Program-made: the position numbers and the translations under genes | Part shown: in pieces, positions 10,819 through 22,170 of the stretch | How the letters are laid out: every line of letters begins with the position of its first letter | Position numbering within the stretch: the stretch's first letter is position 1 | Source of the DNA: Candidatus Poribacteria bacterium | GTDB taxonomy: Bacteria > Poribacteria > WGA-4E > UBA9662 | DNA: 64,000 bases | Assembly: GCA_036339735.1 (NCBI GenBank) | Contig: JAYZAL010000038.1 | Location: forward strand, 1-64,000 | Direction: 5' to 3' | Notes under the pieces: model-generated | The model's database searches: none | What the model was told of the DNA's origin: nothing | What the model saw: only the letters and a program-made list of their open reading frames with translations

Positions 10819-11816
10819 AAATCCCAATTAGAATCTAAATGTCTAAGTATGTCAATTCTGTCTGGAAATTGCACAAAGGCATGGGATTTGTTTATCCGGT
10901 AATAATCTATTGCGTGTCTGGTTGAAAAATTCGAACCAGATAACTTGTCTCTGAATGACATCTTGTCGCAAGTTGTAAGAAATATAATTGAAAAGAAAAA
11001 AGTAACCTTGATTGAGTTAAAATATATAAAAGAGGCCTAGGGTTGGGTGCACTAGAAGAGTTGGCCCCTTTCTTTTTTCGCATGTAGATCATAGTGAGAA
11101 TCTACATGTTAAATTGAGAACGTTATATAAGAACGGTTTAAGAAAAAATTAAGGTTATTTCTGATTATCTAAGGAGCTGAAAAGATAGGAATTCTCTAGT
11201 TTAGGTTTCTAATCAGATTTTTTTATTTGTTGTAATCACCATCTTTACTATTCTCTGTCGGTGCTCAATTTCACCTCAAATTATGAACAATAGAACAGGC
11301 CTAAAAACAAATCTCTTTTCAGCTGGTGCATCCTATTGACGAGTCCTACTAGCGTTAAACTAGTTCTAAGCCTTTAATTGATGGGTTCAAATTTGGATAT
11401 TCGCCTGAGAGAAGAAATCAAACTTTGGAAGGATAGTGTGCTCAGGTCTATGGCGTCTTAGAATCGGTACGATAATCTTCCGATAATTCGTAGTCCCTGG
11501 TAGATAGACTGGGCCTTCAAGAGCATCAGACTTCAATCCATTTCAGTTACAAAATCACCTGCCCTTCTTTGACACTACTAATCATTACAAACATCATATC
11601 ACAACGGCCGTGGACTGTTCCGAATGAAGAGTTCATATGTATTCGACGACCGAACTCAGTCATAACTACTATGCTGGCAAACTTGATGGTCTATTCTTTG
11701 ACATTCTGTGGACAAATGGAACTATCGATTATCAATACATAAGCAAGAACGGTTCAGTGAATCAAGTGGATGTCATTTGGTTGACAGTCACAATTTTTAG
11801 CTTATAAGGAAAATTT

Positions 11817-12575
11817 ATGTATCAGAAAGAAGTAGAGGAAACTCGTTGTTTGTGGAACAAACTGGCTGACGACTGGTTGATTCAAGTTGGGGATGAAGGG
11901 GACCGTAATCGTATCCTAAATTCTGATCCAGTTTTATGGGAATTTGCAGGGATGGTAGATGGATTAAAAGTAATCGATGCTGGATGCGGTACAGGCTATT
12001 TGGCTAATAAGCTACACCAACTGGGAGCAAAAGTCATTGGTGTTGATTTTTCTATCCGAATGCTGGAGATTGCGGGAAGTCGTTATCCAAATATTGATTT
12101 CCGACTAGATGATTGTTGCCAACTTAGTACAGTGAGTGATGAAGAATTCGATTTGTTGATTTCTAACTATGTACTGATGGACATGCCTGATTTAGATGGG
12201 GCAGTTGACTCATTTTACCGAGTGTTGAAACCAAAAGGGGTTGCTATTATAGTCTTTTCACATCCTTGTTTCGATGTTGGGAATTCAGAAAGTCTGGAAG
12301 GAGGTACCCGTCGTACTTTCACGTGGGAACATCCCTACTTTGAGATTGGAAGGCGTGTTGACAAACCTTGGTCCCATTTTACGGACGAGTTCATCTGGTT
12401 TCACCGACCACTCTCAGACTACTTTAAATCCTTTAAGAGGGCTGGTTTTTTAATAGAAGATTTTGAAGAACCCAGGATCCAGGAAGACAAATATCACTTG
12501 GTAAAAGATGAGAGAAAATTAAGCCAATTAAGTAGTTGGCCTTATTCAGTCGTCTTCAAATTGAACAAAACATAA
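11817..12575 (+). CDS. Class I SAM-dependent methyltransferase
   Basis: VIDAGCGTG, GVDFS, RVLKPKG, FHRPLSDY. Confidence 0.9.
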   Translation: MYQKEVEETRCLWNKLADDWLIQVGDEGDRNRILNSDPVLWEFAGMVDGLKVIDAGCGTGYLANKLHQLGAKVIGVDFSIRMLEIAGSRYPNIDFRLDDCCQLSTVSDEEFDLLISNYVLMDMPDLDGAVDSFYRVLKPKGVAIIVFSHPCFDVGNSESLEGGTRRTFTWEHPYFEIGRRVDKPWSHFTDEFIWFHRPLSDYFKSFKRAGFLIEDFEEPRIQEDKYHLVKDERKLSQLSSWPYSVVFKLNKT

Positions 12576-12961
12576 GACCTGAAATCCAAATCTATAAAAT
12601 TCGAACTAGTTTTTTTACTGAACTTGTGAAACTTGGTTGAAAGGCAGCTAATACAAATAGGATGGACATTATTAACAGCTCAAACTCTCCTTCTTCCCCC
12701 TAGTATTTCAAATTCCAATAATATATACTCGTTGGCCAGGCCATAAAATTTCTGTTATCGCCAATTTTAATTTGGGGGCAATAAATAATTTTATTCAAGC
12801 CTTGGATACCTACGCAGCAACACGATTAAAACCCACTGATCTGGGTAGTCATTATGGCTTACTGCTATTTTTTAGAAGTCTCTTCAATTCGTTTCTATGA
12901 TAACAAATCGATGGGTCGACTCCTGCCAAGACGAACGAAAATGAAGAACAGAGAAGAATCT

Positions 12962-13276
12962 ATGAGCTACGAACCTCACAAGACATCGGCAACACGAACA
13001 ATAGACGATAATTTAGATTATGTGGACTGGCAACTTGTCTATACCATTTCTGATCCGGTTAATCGCCAAATTATTTTGGATGCCTTAGAAGGTGCTAACG
13101 TCCGGACAATTTTGAAATCCCACGATAACGATGCTTATGGTGGGATTCTTGACCACAGATTTGCGCCAGGTTGCGGACAGATTCTAGTCGCACGTCAAGA
13201 AATCGAATTGGCCTCCGAAATCATAGCCGAGCTACTCGGCTCGTTATCATCGACTAATTCTTACCTTGATGAGTAA
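12962..13276 (+). CDS. DUF2007-like small protein
   Basis: W.LVY...D.....I...LE..NV, AYGG, ILV...E.E.A.EII pattern; start uncertain (12941 or 12962). Confidence 0.55.
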   Translation: MSYEPHKTSATRTIDDNLDYVDWQLVYTISDPVNRQIILDALEGANVRTILKSHDNDAYGGILDHRFAPGCGQILVARQEIELASEIIAELLGSLSSTNSYLDE

Positions 13277-13372
13277 TCGGCGATGGATATCGACTTGGTA
13301 ATTGTTTAATAACGATATAGGTAAGGCAAGCCAAGACTCCACGGGCAAGAATTATCGGCTTGTAACGTTAAC

Positions 13373-13594
13373 ATGAAACGACAGACCTCAGGCTCCGGTT
13401 TAACGATACGAGCCTTACTGTTAGCGATGGTCGCCACCACTATAATCGCATTTTGGACTCAACACAGTGATCGGACCTATCGAAAACTGTTGCCATTTTT
13501 CTTAGGACTCATTCTTGGCGATTTCTTCATGGGTGGGTTCTGGGGAGTAGTGGGCTGGTTCTCAGACCGACCAGGTTATATCTTCTTTCCATAA
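13373..13594 (+). pseudogene. Internally deleted remnant of a DUF6785/DUF6784-type membrane protein
   Basis: 73-aa ORF: an N-terminal-like TM joined to YRKLLPFFLGLILGDFFMGGFW, which matches the C-termini of the 7431 and 34049 paralogues. Confidence 0.6.
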
Positions 13595-13708
13595 TTTGTA
13601 CAAATGATAGACAGAAAATGGTTGCAAGACCGTTTCAAACTTGACTCGTACTGTAACCCATTATATGATGCCACCACTGGGCTACCAGTCACATGGAGGA
13701 ATTCATTG

Positions 13709-14062
13709 GATGGCTCGAGTAGAACTAAGAAAAAATTGGTTTTTGGCTTTGGGATTGGTTCTTGTCTTTGACTATAGTTCACTTTCTGCCATTGCTTTTG
13801 AATGGGTCGTTACTCCACTTGGAGGCAAAGATAAGCGCTCAAGTCCTTATGAACCAGGCGATGTCGATTTTTTGGACAATGGCTTTATGACCTGAGCTAC
13901 AGGTGGTGACATCTGGGGAGATAAGTTAGGTTGTACCCTATGTTCACCTTAAAAAGCCAATCAGCGGCAACTTTACCATCGTTTATACTATTGAAGAACA
14001 TACGATTGTCCCTCCTACTGCTTGGAGTAAATGTGGGGTAATGGTGGATCAGGAACTAGATA
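13709..14062 (+). pseudogene. Degraded secreted protein
   Basis: Signal-peptide ORF interrupted by TGA (13893), continues ATGGDIWGDKLGCTL, then shifts frame to GNFTIVYTIEEHT..PTAWSKCGVMV; no C-terminal part found. Confidence 0.5.
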
Positions 14063-14136
14063 TGGCAACAAGAATCTTGGGTAAATTTGCATGACTAAGC
14101 TAACCACAAAAGACCACAATGAGAGAAGGGTCATTT

Positions 14137-15444
14137 ATGGGTGATAAACTGAATATCCTATTCCTTTTCGCTGATCAAATGCACGCGTTTGCAATGGGCT
14201 GTATGGGAAACCCAGAGATTCATACTCCAAATCTGGATTGTATGGCAGACGAAGGCGTTCTGTTTAGGAATACCTATTCGAACGCGCCGGTATGTACTCC
14301 TTTTCGAGCAACTCTTGTCACTGGACGGTATGGGACACAAACCGATACGTTGAAAAATGGTAGCTACTTTCCACAAGAAACTCGCACAGTTGCCACGGCT
14401 TTAAACAATGGAGGATATCGAACCGGCTGGGTAGGTAAATGGCATCTCGGAGGTACTGGAAACGCTTGGATCCCACCGAACCTGCGAGCTGGTTTTTCTG
14501 AGTTTATTGGTTACCAATGCTACAATGATTTTTTACACAGCGTAAAGTTCTATGACGAGGAAGGCAAGGAATACTGGTATGATAAGCACCGAACAGAAGC
14601 CACGACTGATATTGCGATTGAACGACTAGAAGGGATGAAGAAGGGACCGTTTGCACTATTTGTATCTTATCAGAACCCCCACTATCCAGAACAGCCATCA
14701 TATGAATATGATCAAATGTATAAGGGTATCTCTTTGACTAGACGGCCCAATTGCCAAAGCGTTGACCCTTATACTCCAACTCACAGCCCACCGAGTCCCA
14801 AACCAAAGGAAAATGATCCTCTGTACCAAAAGTATGGAAATAATTTGGGGGAGTATCATCGACAGTATTATGCTATGGTTTCACAGTTGGATGCCAACGT
14901 AGGTCGCATTCGCCAAGCGCTTGATCGGCTAGGTCTTGCGAACAATACAGTGGTAATATTTACATCTGATCACGGAGATATGCAAGGAAGCCATGGCCTA
15001 ACTAATAAAGGCACTTTTTGGGAAGAGTCAAGCCGGATTCCGCTAATTGTGTACGTACCAAATGGCGCACAAGGATTGATTTCTGAGGATCTAGTATCAG
15101 GTGTAGATTTCTTTCCTACCTGTTTAGACTATGCTGGGTTACCTCCGGAGCCTTCGGTGGAGGGTGATAGCTTTGCCCCACAAACTCGTGGAGTACATCA
15201 GGTTCTTGAGCGACCAATTTTTTCTGAGATGAGGCAGTGGTGTATGGTACGAAAGGACAATCTTAAACTAGTTGCAACTAAGAAGCCATTGGAAACCACC
15301 CACCTATTTGATCTGGGAGTGGATGAATATGAAATGAACAATTTGATAGGTCATCCTAACTACGCCAGAAGTGAAGAAAATCTCATGTCCATTCTAAAGG
15401 ATTGGTACAAACGAGTTGGGTTAGTAGAGAATCACCCTGACTAG
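14137..15444 (+). CDS. Sulfatase (S1, formylglycine-dependent)
   Basis: NILFLFADQ, CTPFR, GKWHL, FTSDHG. Confidence 0.92.
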   Translation: MGDKLNILFLFADQMHAFAMGCMGNPEIHTPNLDCMADEGVLFRNTYSNAPVCTPFRATLVTGRYGTQTDTLKNGSYFPQETRTVATALNNGGYRTGWVGKWHLGGTGNAWIPPNLRAGFSEFIGYQCYNDFLHSVKFYDEEGKEYWYDKHRTEATTDIAIERLEGMKKGPFALFVSYQNPHYPEQPSYEYDQMYKGISLTRRPNCQSVDPYTPTHSPPSPKPKENDPLYQKYGNNLGEYHRQYYAMVSQLDANVGRIRQALDRLGLANNTVVIFTSDHGDMQGSHGLTNKGTFWEESSRIPLIVYVPNGAQGLISEDLVSGVDFFPTCLDYAGLPPEPSVEGDSFAPQTRGVHQVLERPIFSEMRQWCMVRKDNLKLVATKKPLETTHLFDLGVDEYEMNNLIGHPNYARSEENLMSILKDWYKRVGLVENHPD

Positions 15445-15690
15445 TTGATACCAATAGTCTACCGTTGATTAAATCGGATCAGCTAGAAGGCATTTAAAAA
15501 TTGTACCACGACCGAAATATGTTTTGTTAATTTGACTGAGATTTCTGACCTGATGAACTATAAATGGTATGGGTTCGAAACAATGGTGTAATATTACAAT
15601 CCATGATCATCTGTCGAATTAAACGCATAAGATACTCCAAGCAGGTACTGCTGTTTGCTTTCCAAAGAATCAAATGTAGGAATTTAGCCA

Positions 15691-16572
15691 ATGATCGATT
15701 TTACGGTCTTTGATGTTGACTTTCCGCTAGAAGCCAAGCAGCGTGTTGTCGTCAACACAGATGCTAAAAATGAGGCAGACGATCAATATGCAATTGTCCA
15801 CGCTGTACTAACCGGCATCATTCCTACCCATTTTGGAACACGTAAATCAGTCACAAGTAGCAGGACAGCTACGACGAGACCATGGTTACTCCTACGTCTA
15901 ATGGACCTCGAACAGAAGATAAGAGTCGAAGCCGGCGCAACGCAAGCCATGCCAGACGAATCGACGCCTATTGATTCCTAATCATCGAAGAGGCAATGAA
16001 AGAGGATAAAAGACCACTTCACATCGCCTCCTACGGCCCACTTACTGACATGGCATCCGCAATCTTACTTGAACCCGAGATTCAGAATCGAGGTGTCCGT
16101 GTACTTCTGGATTGGAGGGCACACATGGCCAATTGGAGGTAAGGAGTATAATCTCTCAAACGGCGTCCACGTCGCGAATATGGTAATGAAGTCAAATATT
16201 GAAATGTGGCAAATGCCGAGAAATACTTACTGGTCAATGAGTATTTCTTACGCCGAGCTAATCGAGAAGGTATACCCCTTAGGTGAAATCGGGAAATACC
16301 TAGTCGAGCAACTTCTGGAACACAACGCCAAAAGGAGTCCTATTATAGAATGCCGTTCTCTGGGTGATTCTCCTTGCATTGGCATTATTATTGATCCTGA
16401 GTGCGGCCAGTGGTCCTGGCGTCCGGCTCCAACATTCGACGAGTAGATGCACTATATTCACACTGGACAATACCGATCTATTCTTGTTTACGATGATGTA
16501 AACACCCGTTTTATCCACGAGGATTTTTTCGCCAAACTAGCACAATTTATCCGACGTGGGTCAAAAATCTAA
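15691..16572 (+). pseudogene. Nucleoside hydrolase family pseudogene
   Basis: NTDAKNEADDQYAI, GPLTDMASA, WIGG..W..GG.EYNL and LGDSP lie in different frames; in-frame TAG at 16444; C-terminus EDFFAKLAQF ends TAA 16572. Confidence 0.85.
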
Positions 16573-16650
16573 AAGCATCAAATTCTTTCACTGTTATACC
16601 GTTGGGAGCTTGAAAGCTCCGATTAGCCTCAATCTACAGTACTAAATAAT

Positions 16651-16697
16651 CGAAATCACGCTAGATGGTACCGGTACCGCCTAGATTTCGTTCTTTT
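16651..16697 (+). terminator. Possible intrinsic terminator / dyad element
   Basis: CGAAATC...TAGATGGTACCGGTACCGCCTA-GATTTCG inverted repeat followed by TTCTTTT. Confidence 0.35.
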
Positions 16698-16720
16698 ATG
16701 GGACTACCCTTTATAAAATA

Positions 16721-17845
16721 GTGGGAGTGAATTTCATGCAAATCTTTCACCCTTATATACCAATAAAACTCAAACTCACTGCTCGTATATGGGTATTCAT
16801 CAGTTTGCTGTTGATTCTTCAAAGCCATGCCAATTCAATCAATTGGGGAAAACCCGTCCTAAAACAACAGCCAGAATGGTATGCTTCTGCCGCAGCAAAA
16901 GCCATCGCAGATAATGTGCTGTTCTATCAATCCAAATTTGGCGCTTGGCCCAAAAATTGGGACTTAACAGCCACAATCACTGTTGAAGCTTTGGAGAAGT
17001 TGAATAAAGGAGGTAAAGCTAATACAATTGATAATGGTGCTACTGTAACGCCGATGCGTTTCCTTGCGTTGGTCTATCAATCCAACCCCGATGATAAATA
17101 CCGTACTGCTTTTAATTTTGGTGTGAATTATCTTCTCGATAGTCAGTATTCTAACGGCGGATTCCCCCAATACTTTCCTCTACGTGGTGATAAATACTAT
17201 TCCCGTGTTACTTATAATGATGATGCAATGATTAATGCTCTCAAAATAATCCGCGACGTAGCTAAAAGTCAAGCGCCCTACGATTTGGCAGATGATAAGC
17301 TTCGCGCCAAGGCCGTTACCTCGGTGGCAAGTGGCATCAGTTGTATACTGAGAACACAAATCAAACTCGATGGCAAACTAACTGCTTGGTGTGCACAGTA
17401 CGACGAAAAAATATTGGAACCAGCATGGGCACGCTCCTATGAACCACCTTCACTTTCGGGAGCTGAAAGCGTTGGTATTGTACGCTTTCTAATGTCGATA
17501 GAAGAGCCAACTCCGGAGATCATCTCGGCTGTTAATGGTGCTATTTTCTGGTTCAAGGATGTCGCCATTCATGGTATTCATGTTGAAGAGTTCATCGATG
17601 CTAGCGGAAAGAAAGATAGACGCGTGGTAGCTAGTTCTGACGCCAATCCGATCTGGGCACGTTTCTATGAAATTGGGAGTAACCGACCAATCTTTGTTGA
17701 CCGTGATTCGGTGATTCGCTACTCGTTCGCCGAACTCGGACAAGAACGTCGTAATGGTTACAGCTACTATGGTCGATGGGCAACTAAACTGGTGTCGGAT
17801 GAGTATCAGAAATGGAGCGAAAAGCACAATCTATCGAATGAATGA
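16721..17845 (+). CDS. pelA: Pectate lyase, PelA/Pel-15E type (PL10)
   Basis: GAWPKN, TIDNGAT, QY.NGGFPQYFP, TYNDDAM, WCAQYD...P..ARSYE, WARFYE, ERRNGY; signal peptide. Confidence 0.9.
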   Translation: MGVNFMQIFHPYIPIKLKLTARIWVFISLLLILQSHANSINWGKPVLKQQPEWYASAAAKAIADNVLFYQSKFGAWPKNWDLTATITVEALEKLNKGGKANTIDNGATVTPMRFLALVYQSNPDDKYRTAFNFGVNYLLDSQYSNGGFPQYFPLRGDKYYSRVTYNDDAMINALKIIRDVAKSQAPYDLADDKLRAKAVTSVASGISCILRTQIKLDGKLTAWCAQYDEKILEPAWARSYEPPSLSGAESVGIVRFLMSIEEPTPEIISAVNGAIFWFKDVAIHGIHVEEFIDASGKKDRRVVASSDANPIWARFYEIGSNRPIFVDRDSVIRYSFAELGQERRNGYSYYGRWATKLVSDEYQKWSEKHNLSNE

Positions 17846-17916
17846 CTGGAACTCGTTTCTCAGGCTCTCATTATGATGATAATGGACATAACACCCTAAA
17901 CTAAGAGGAACTACAG

Positions 17917-18645
17917 ATGAAAATAACCACAAAATATTCGACAGTTCTCTGGATATTTTTTGCAACTTCGATTGGGTATAGTGGCACTTTTTTCGATGAC
18001 TTTAGCGATATTGATAAAAGTAAAGAGATTTGGGAAGTAGTTCATCGAGATTGGAAGATCACAGACGGATTTTATTGGGCGCCAGGGAAAGCCGGTTTAA
18101 AAACGGTTGCCTTGAGCTTACTACCGATTAAGGCTGAAGACGGAATGGTGATTGAAGCACAATGTAGTGATATGGGAGACGGACAATGGCAAAATTTTGC
18201 TATTGTCTTTTCCTATGAAGATGAAGATGAAGTTTATACAGCTGGAGCAGGGGTAGGAAATAAGATGTGGCGATTTTTCCGACTGACCCCAAAGACTGCA
18301 GCTAAAGGAGGTAGATGGGGGGCCGACGTTATTGAGGGCTTACCAACCAAAACGCCTTTAGCTGTCAAGGAATGGTATAACATCCGGATTGAAATTAAAG
18401 GAAATGATGTATTCCTATTTGGCGACTCTAAACCAAAGGGGGTAAAATTGAAAGAAAAACATGTATTTAGGAAAAAAACAGCTCCCAAAGGTCGTTTGGG
18501 TCTTGCCGCGGCAGGTGCGTCACCAATGTATAACCATATCAAAGTTACCGGGCCAAATGTGGAAGACCTGTTTCCTGTTTCGCTTAGAGGCAGACTAAGT
18601 ACTATTTGGGCGCAAATTAAGCGGAAGAATTCCCCTGAGAGATAA
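17917..18645 (+). CDS. Secreted ConA-like/DUF1080-like protein with C-terminal R-L-x3-W-A-x-I-K motif
   Basis: Signal peptide; FFDDFSD, WYNIRIEIKG, GRLGL; GAGG RBS. Confidence 0.6.
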   Translation: MKITTKYSTVLWIFFATSIGYSGTFFDDFSDIDKSKEIWEVVHRDWKITDGFYWAPGKAGLKTVALSLLPIKAEDGMVIEAQCSDMGDGQWQNFAIVFSYEDEDEVYTAGAGVGNKMWRFFRLTPKTAAKGGRWGADVIEGLPTKTPLAVKEWYNIRIEIKGNDVFLFGDSKPKGVKLKEKHVFRKKTAPKGRLGLAAAGASPMYNHIKVTGPNVEDLFPVSLRGRLSTIWAQIKRKNSPER

Positions 18646-18828
18646 AGACAATGACAAAACCGTTTGGATGATCAGTCATGAAGTGAAGGGAAACAACTAG
18701 GGAGATATACTGTTATTGAAGAAACAAATAGTGATTCATTCTTGTTTAACTTGGAATTGTAGCAAACAATATCAATATATAGTCAAAAGATCTCCTTGGA
18801 TGCTGCTTGCCATCTGTTCCTGAAGAAT

Positions 18829-20433
18829 TTAGTAATCGTCTACAACGTGGGGATCAATTCCGGGCATGGTGTCAAGTTTCCATATGTCCACCGACACGTC
18901 GTTGGCCTGTGGCAAACCAGGGGTACTTCGCCCATTGGAAACCTGTTTCCTCAGCAAATCCAATAAATCCCGGACTTTGTCTGGATTTTTCATATACAGA
19001 TTATGCTTCTCTTCAGGGTCATCTTGCATATCATAGAGCTGAACTAAGGGAAAGCCTGCCTTGGCAGCTTCAGCATCATTATAAGTCCATCCACCGGAGC
19101 CGGGACACAATACCAGTTTCCATCGACCACCTCGGATTGCGAACTTACCAGAAATGGAGTGGTGCACTAAGTCCTCTCTTCTACCTGAAGAACTCTCCTG
19201 ATTCAATAAAGGTAGCATACTGATACTGTCTTCGCCAGCACTATCAGGAAGTGTATCACCCAACATCTCTGCACAGGTAGCTAGCAAGTCAGATAGGCAG
19301 ATCAGTTGGTCGCATTCAGTTCCGGGTTCGACGACACCTGACCATCGTGCGAAGAACGGAACCCTATGGCCTCCATCCCAGGCATCAGACTTATAACCTC
19401 GATATGGACCGCTCGGATAATGCCCCTGCGGCTCCATCGCTTTTTCGTAATTACCTTGACCATCTTCTGACACCCCGACATAGGGAGCACACCCGTTGTC
19501 GCTGGTAAAGACAATCAAGGTATTGTCGGCCATATCATATTTATTCAGTGAGGTTAGGACTTGTCCGAATATGTCGTCAGTCTCTAACACCAGATCGGCA
19601 TACAAATTATTCAATCCACTTTTTCCAATCCAAGGCTTATTGACCGAGAGTGGAGTGTGGGGAGAAGTCATGGGAAGGTAGAGGAAAAATGGTTGATCTG
19701 AAGCCGCCCGTTGCTGAATATAGTGGTCAGCCTGCTTGGCCCAGATTGGCAGCAATTGCTCGAAGTTCCAATAGGGCATGGCTGGACCTGAGAAGCTAGC
19801 CAAGTTATCACCAACCAGACGAGAGGGTAGGAATTCGGATGGTATTCCCACTGTACGATCGTTCTCGATAAAGCAGTAAGGAGGCCAGTTGGGAACATCC
19901 ACACCGAAATAGTAGTCGAAGCCACGAGTGGTTGGCCCACCGGTAGTCGGTCTGGAAAAGGCTTCATGCCAGCGTTGTTGTTGTTCAAAACTGGCTTGCT
20001 CTCCATCATCTGGTACCGTAAGGCCGGAGACGTAGTTGCTACGAGGATAAAAATCTTTCTCGTTGAATTCAAAGTCCCAACCTTGTCCTAGGTGCCACTT
20101 ACCGATACAAGCAGTATGATAGCCGTGCTGACGTAGGAAAGCAGGTACAGTCAGTCGATCCGTCGAGATCAGAGGTGGCCCATAAAGGCCGACAATTCCT
20201 TTTTGCAGAGGTGACCGCCAGTTGTAACGGCCAGTTAGTAGGCTATAGCGCGAGGGGGAACAGACCGCAGAACTGGAGTGTGCATCAGTGAACGTCATTC
20301 CTTCTCGAGCGAAACGATCAATGTTTGGTGTGTGGATCTTGCCGTTTGGGTTTAAGCAGGAGGCGTCTCCATACCCCATATCATCGACAAAAAAATAAAC
20401 AACGTTGGGTTTAACCGGTTTAGTAATCATCAT
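18829..20433 (-). CDS. Arylsulfatase (S1)
   Basis: PNVVYFFVDDMGYGD, CSPSRYSLLTGRY, GKWHLG, FTSDNG. Confidence 0.93.
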   Translation of the reverse strand: MMITKPVKPNVVYFFVDDMGYGDASCLNPNGKIHTPNIDRFAREGMTFTDAHSSSAVCSPSRYSLLTGRYNWRSPLQKGIVGLYGPPLISTDRLTVPAFLRQHGYHTACIGKWHLGQGWDFEFNEKDFYPRSNYVSGLTVPDDGEQASFEQQQRWHEAFSRPTTGGPTTRGFDYYFGVDVPNWPPYCFIENDRTVGIPSEFLPSRLVGDNLASFSGPAMPYWNFEQLLPIWAKQADHYIQQRAASDQPFFLYLPMTSPHTPLSVNKPWIGKSGLNNLYADLVLETDDIFGQVLTSLNKYDMADNTLIVFTSDNGCAPYVGVSEDGQGNYEKAMEPQGHYPSGPYRGYKSDAWDGGHRVPFFARWSGVVEPGTECDQLICLSDLLATCAEMLGDTLPDSAGEDSISMLPLLNQESSSGRREDLVHHSISGKFAIRGGRWKLVLCPGSGGWTYNDAEAAKAGFPLVQLYDMQDDPEEKHNLYMKNPDKVRDLLDLLRKQVSNGRSTPGLPQANDVSVDIWKLDTMPGIDPHVVDDY

Positions 20434-20781
20434 TTTTTATTAGAAGTAGCAGACAGGAATCTGATCAACGAAACAATGCTAGTTTTCCTTTTATTCACTT
20501 GCAGAAATTGCCGACCGGACAACTTTCACACCCTATCTTTCGCCTTGATTAATTAACCATTTGTAGACTCATGTTCTACACGAAATCCAGTGAACATATC
20601 GTTGAAATGCACCAAATCATGGATATTATTCAATTTAGTGACATGGGCCTTCACCGTTTTTCCTTTAACTAAATTAATTTGGCTTCTTTATTTCTATAGA
20701 TTTTACTAAAATTGAAGAATTCTGTATACTATCTTCTATTGGTCCCTGATTGTAGGTAATCGCGCAGACTATGTATTGATA

Positions 20782-21060
20782 ATGAATAATAAGCAATCAA
20801 AAGCCGACCCAAAAATGAAAAACTTATCCATCGTCTGGTTGACAAATAGAATGATTAGTCAATGCGAATACGAAATGATGTATCTCCATTTATCGAATCA
20901 ACTCAGCCTAACTCAACAAAGAAATCAGCACTTATGGTTAGCCAGGCTAACTCTATTTTCTGGAGCATCTTTGACAATTGCAGCTATCATATAATTCATT
21001 GCCTCTAACTGGAAAAGATTAGCATACGGATACAAAATCGAATTGATCGGTGGAGCAACA
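20782..21060 (+). pseudogene. DUF2157-like membrane protein N-terminal fragment
   Basis: W....IS, then GASLTIAAII*FIASNWKRL..GYKI with in-frame TAA at 20992; rest of gene not found. Confidence 0.55.
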
Positions 21061-21398
21061 CTAAATAACATACGTTTTGGCCACTTCGTCCTGCCTACTG
21101 AAAGATTACTTCCGGTTTTCCGGTTGTATCACAAAAAATATAGTTGCTGTGCATACGAATTAACTAAGTGTGTATCGATAGTAGTTGTTAGATATGTGAT
21201 CGCGTTGAACCCGTCCTGAATTTTGGCTTCCATAAGAAATCCCCGACCAATCTAATTAGAAAATTGATATCTAAAAACTAGATATTACCTAGATAAATTC
21301 TGATTGTCAGCCCCTCATGTATTACGTGTCACTTAAGTTTGGCATGCGAAATGCTCATCTGTTCCTAGTGATTTTAATAGTTCAAGGAAAAAATTAAT

Positions 21399-21617
21399 AT
21401 GAGTAGTTTGATTATGGCTTCACTGTTTTCATCTTCTCGATCTAAAAAAAGAAGAGTGCGCTCAAGGGAAAAAATGGCTGAAATCAACTCTTCAATTGCC
21501 ACATTTACAAAATTAAAAGAGAAAGGATTGATCTCAGAGCCAGAGTTTGAATTGCTAAAAAATAAATACCTCAATAGATATCAGACATACCTTGATCGAT
21601 CACGATTTGGTATTTAG
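21399..21617 (+). CDS. Small SHOCT-domain protein
   Basis: LKEKGLISEPEFELLKNKYL; AAGGA RBS. Confidence 0.6.
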   Translation: MSSLIMASLFSSSRSKKRRVRSREKMAEINSSIATFTKLKEKGLISEPEFELLKNKYLNRYQTYLDRSRFGI

Positions 21618-22170
21618 AAAGCCAGTGAGGATAGCTGAAAAACTAAACAGTTGTGTACAACTAAGACCGTATACGTCTATTATTTTATATAAAGTGTCAA
21701 CCTGAAGAAAATTTCTGAATAACCGAAGGTCTATCTGTGGCTAGCTTTCGTATGAAAGTTGATGGTAATTCAATTGAGTCTTTACTACCAAGCAATCCAC
21801 ATCCCAATTCGCACCCAACTCAAGCCTAAATTTGGCATCTTTTCGTTTGCCTCAAATACTATGGCAACTCTATTTTTCGCATCTACCCCAAAATTCGATT
21901 GAAGTTGTCTCATTTGTCATCTGGTTATCCCCTAATGTCGAATTGTATAATCGCTTTGTCTACCTGAAGTACAGTTAATCTTTTAGGTGTCTCTTTTTTT
22001 GTAGTTACGTTACTATTTATTTGTTTTCAGAAACTAACTGAGTTCATTTGGTAATAAAGGTAAGACATTATTTACCTAAATTAAGAAAGATTTTTCTCAG
22101 GAAAAATTTGAAGTTGGACTCTATACAAAAGACAATAATGGCTTAAGCATAAAATAGGTTTGGTTAAAAA

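Noticed and set aside
11267-11280. Dispersed 13-16-mers seen twice (AATTTCACCTCAAA at 11267/57152; AATTATCTGAATCCTT at ~26131/52857)
   Set aside because: A few such matches are plausible by chance in 64 kb of AT-rich DNA; no extended similarity.
18807-20072. Alternative-frame/antisense ORFs inside the arylsulfatase (and similar short ORFs inside other genes)
   Set aside because: Shadow ORFs with no motifs, overlapping well-supported CDS.
21690-21920. Stop-interrupted minus-strand reading frame with RBS (similar one at 26040-26400)
   Set aside because: May be gene relics, but no family could be recognised.
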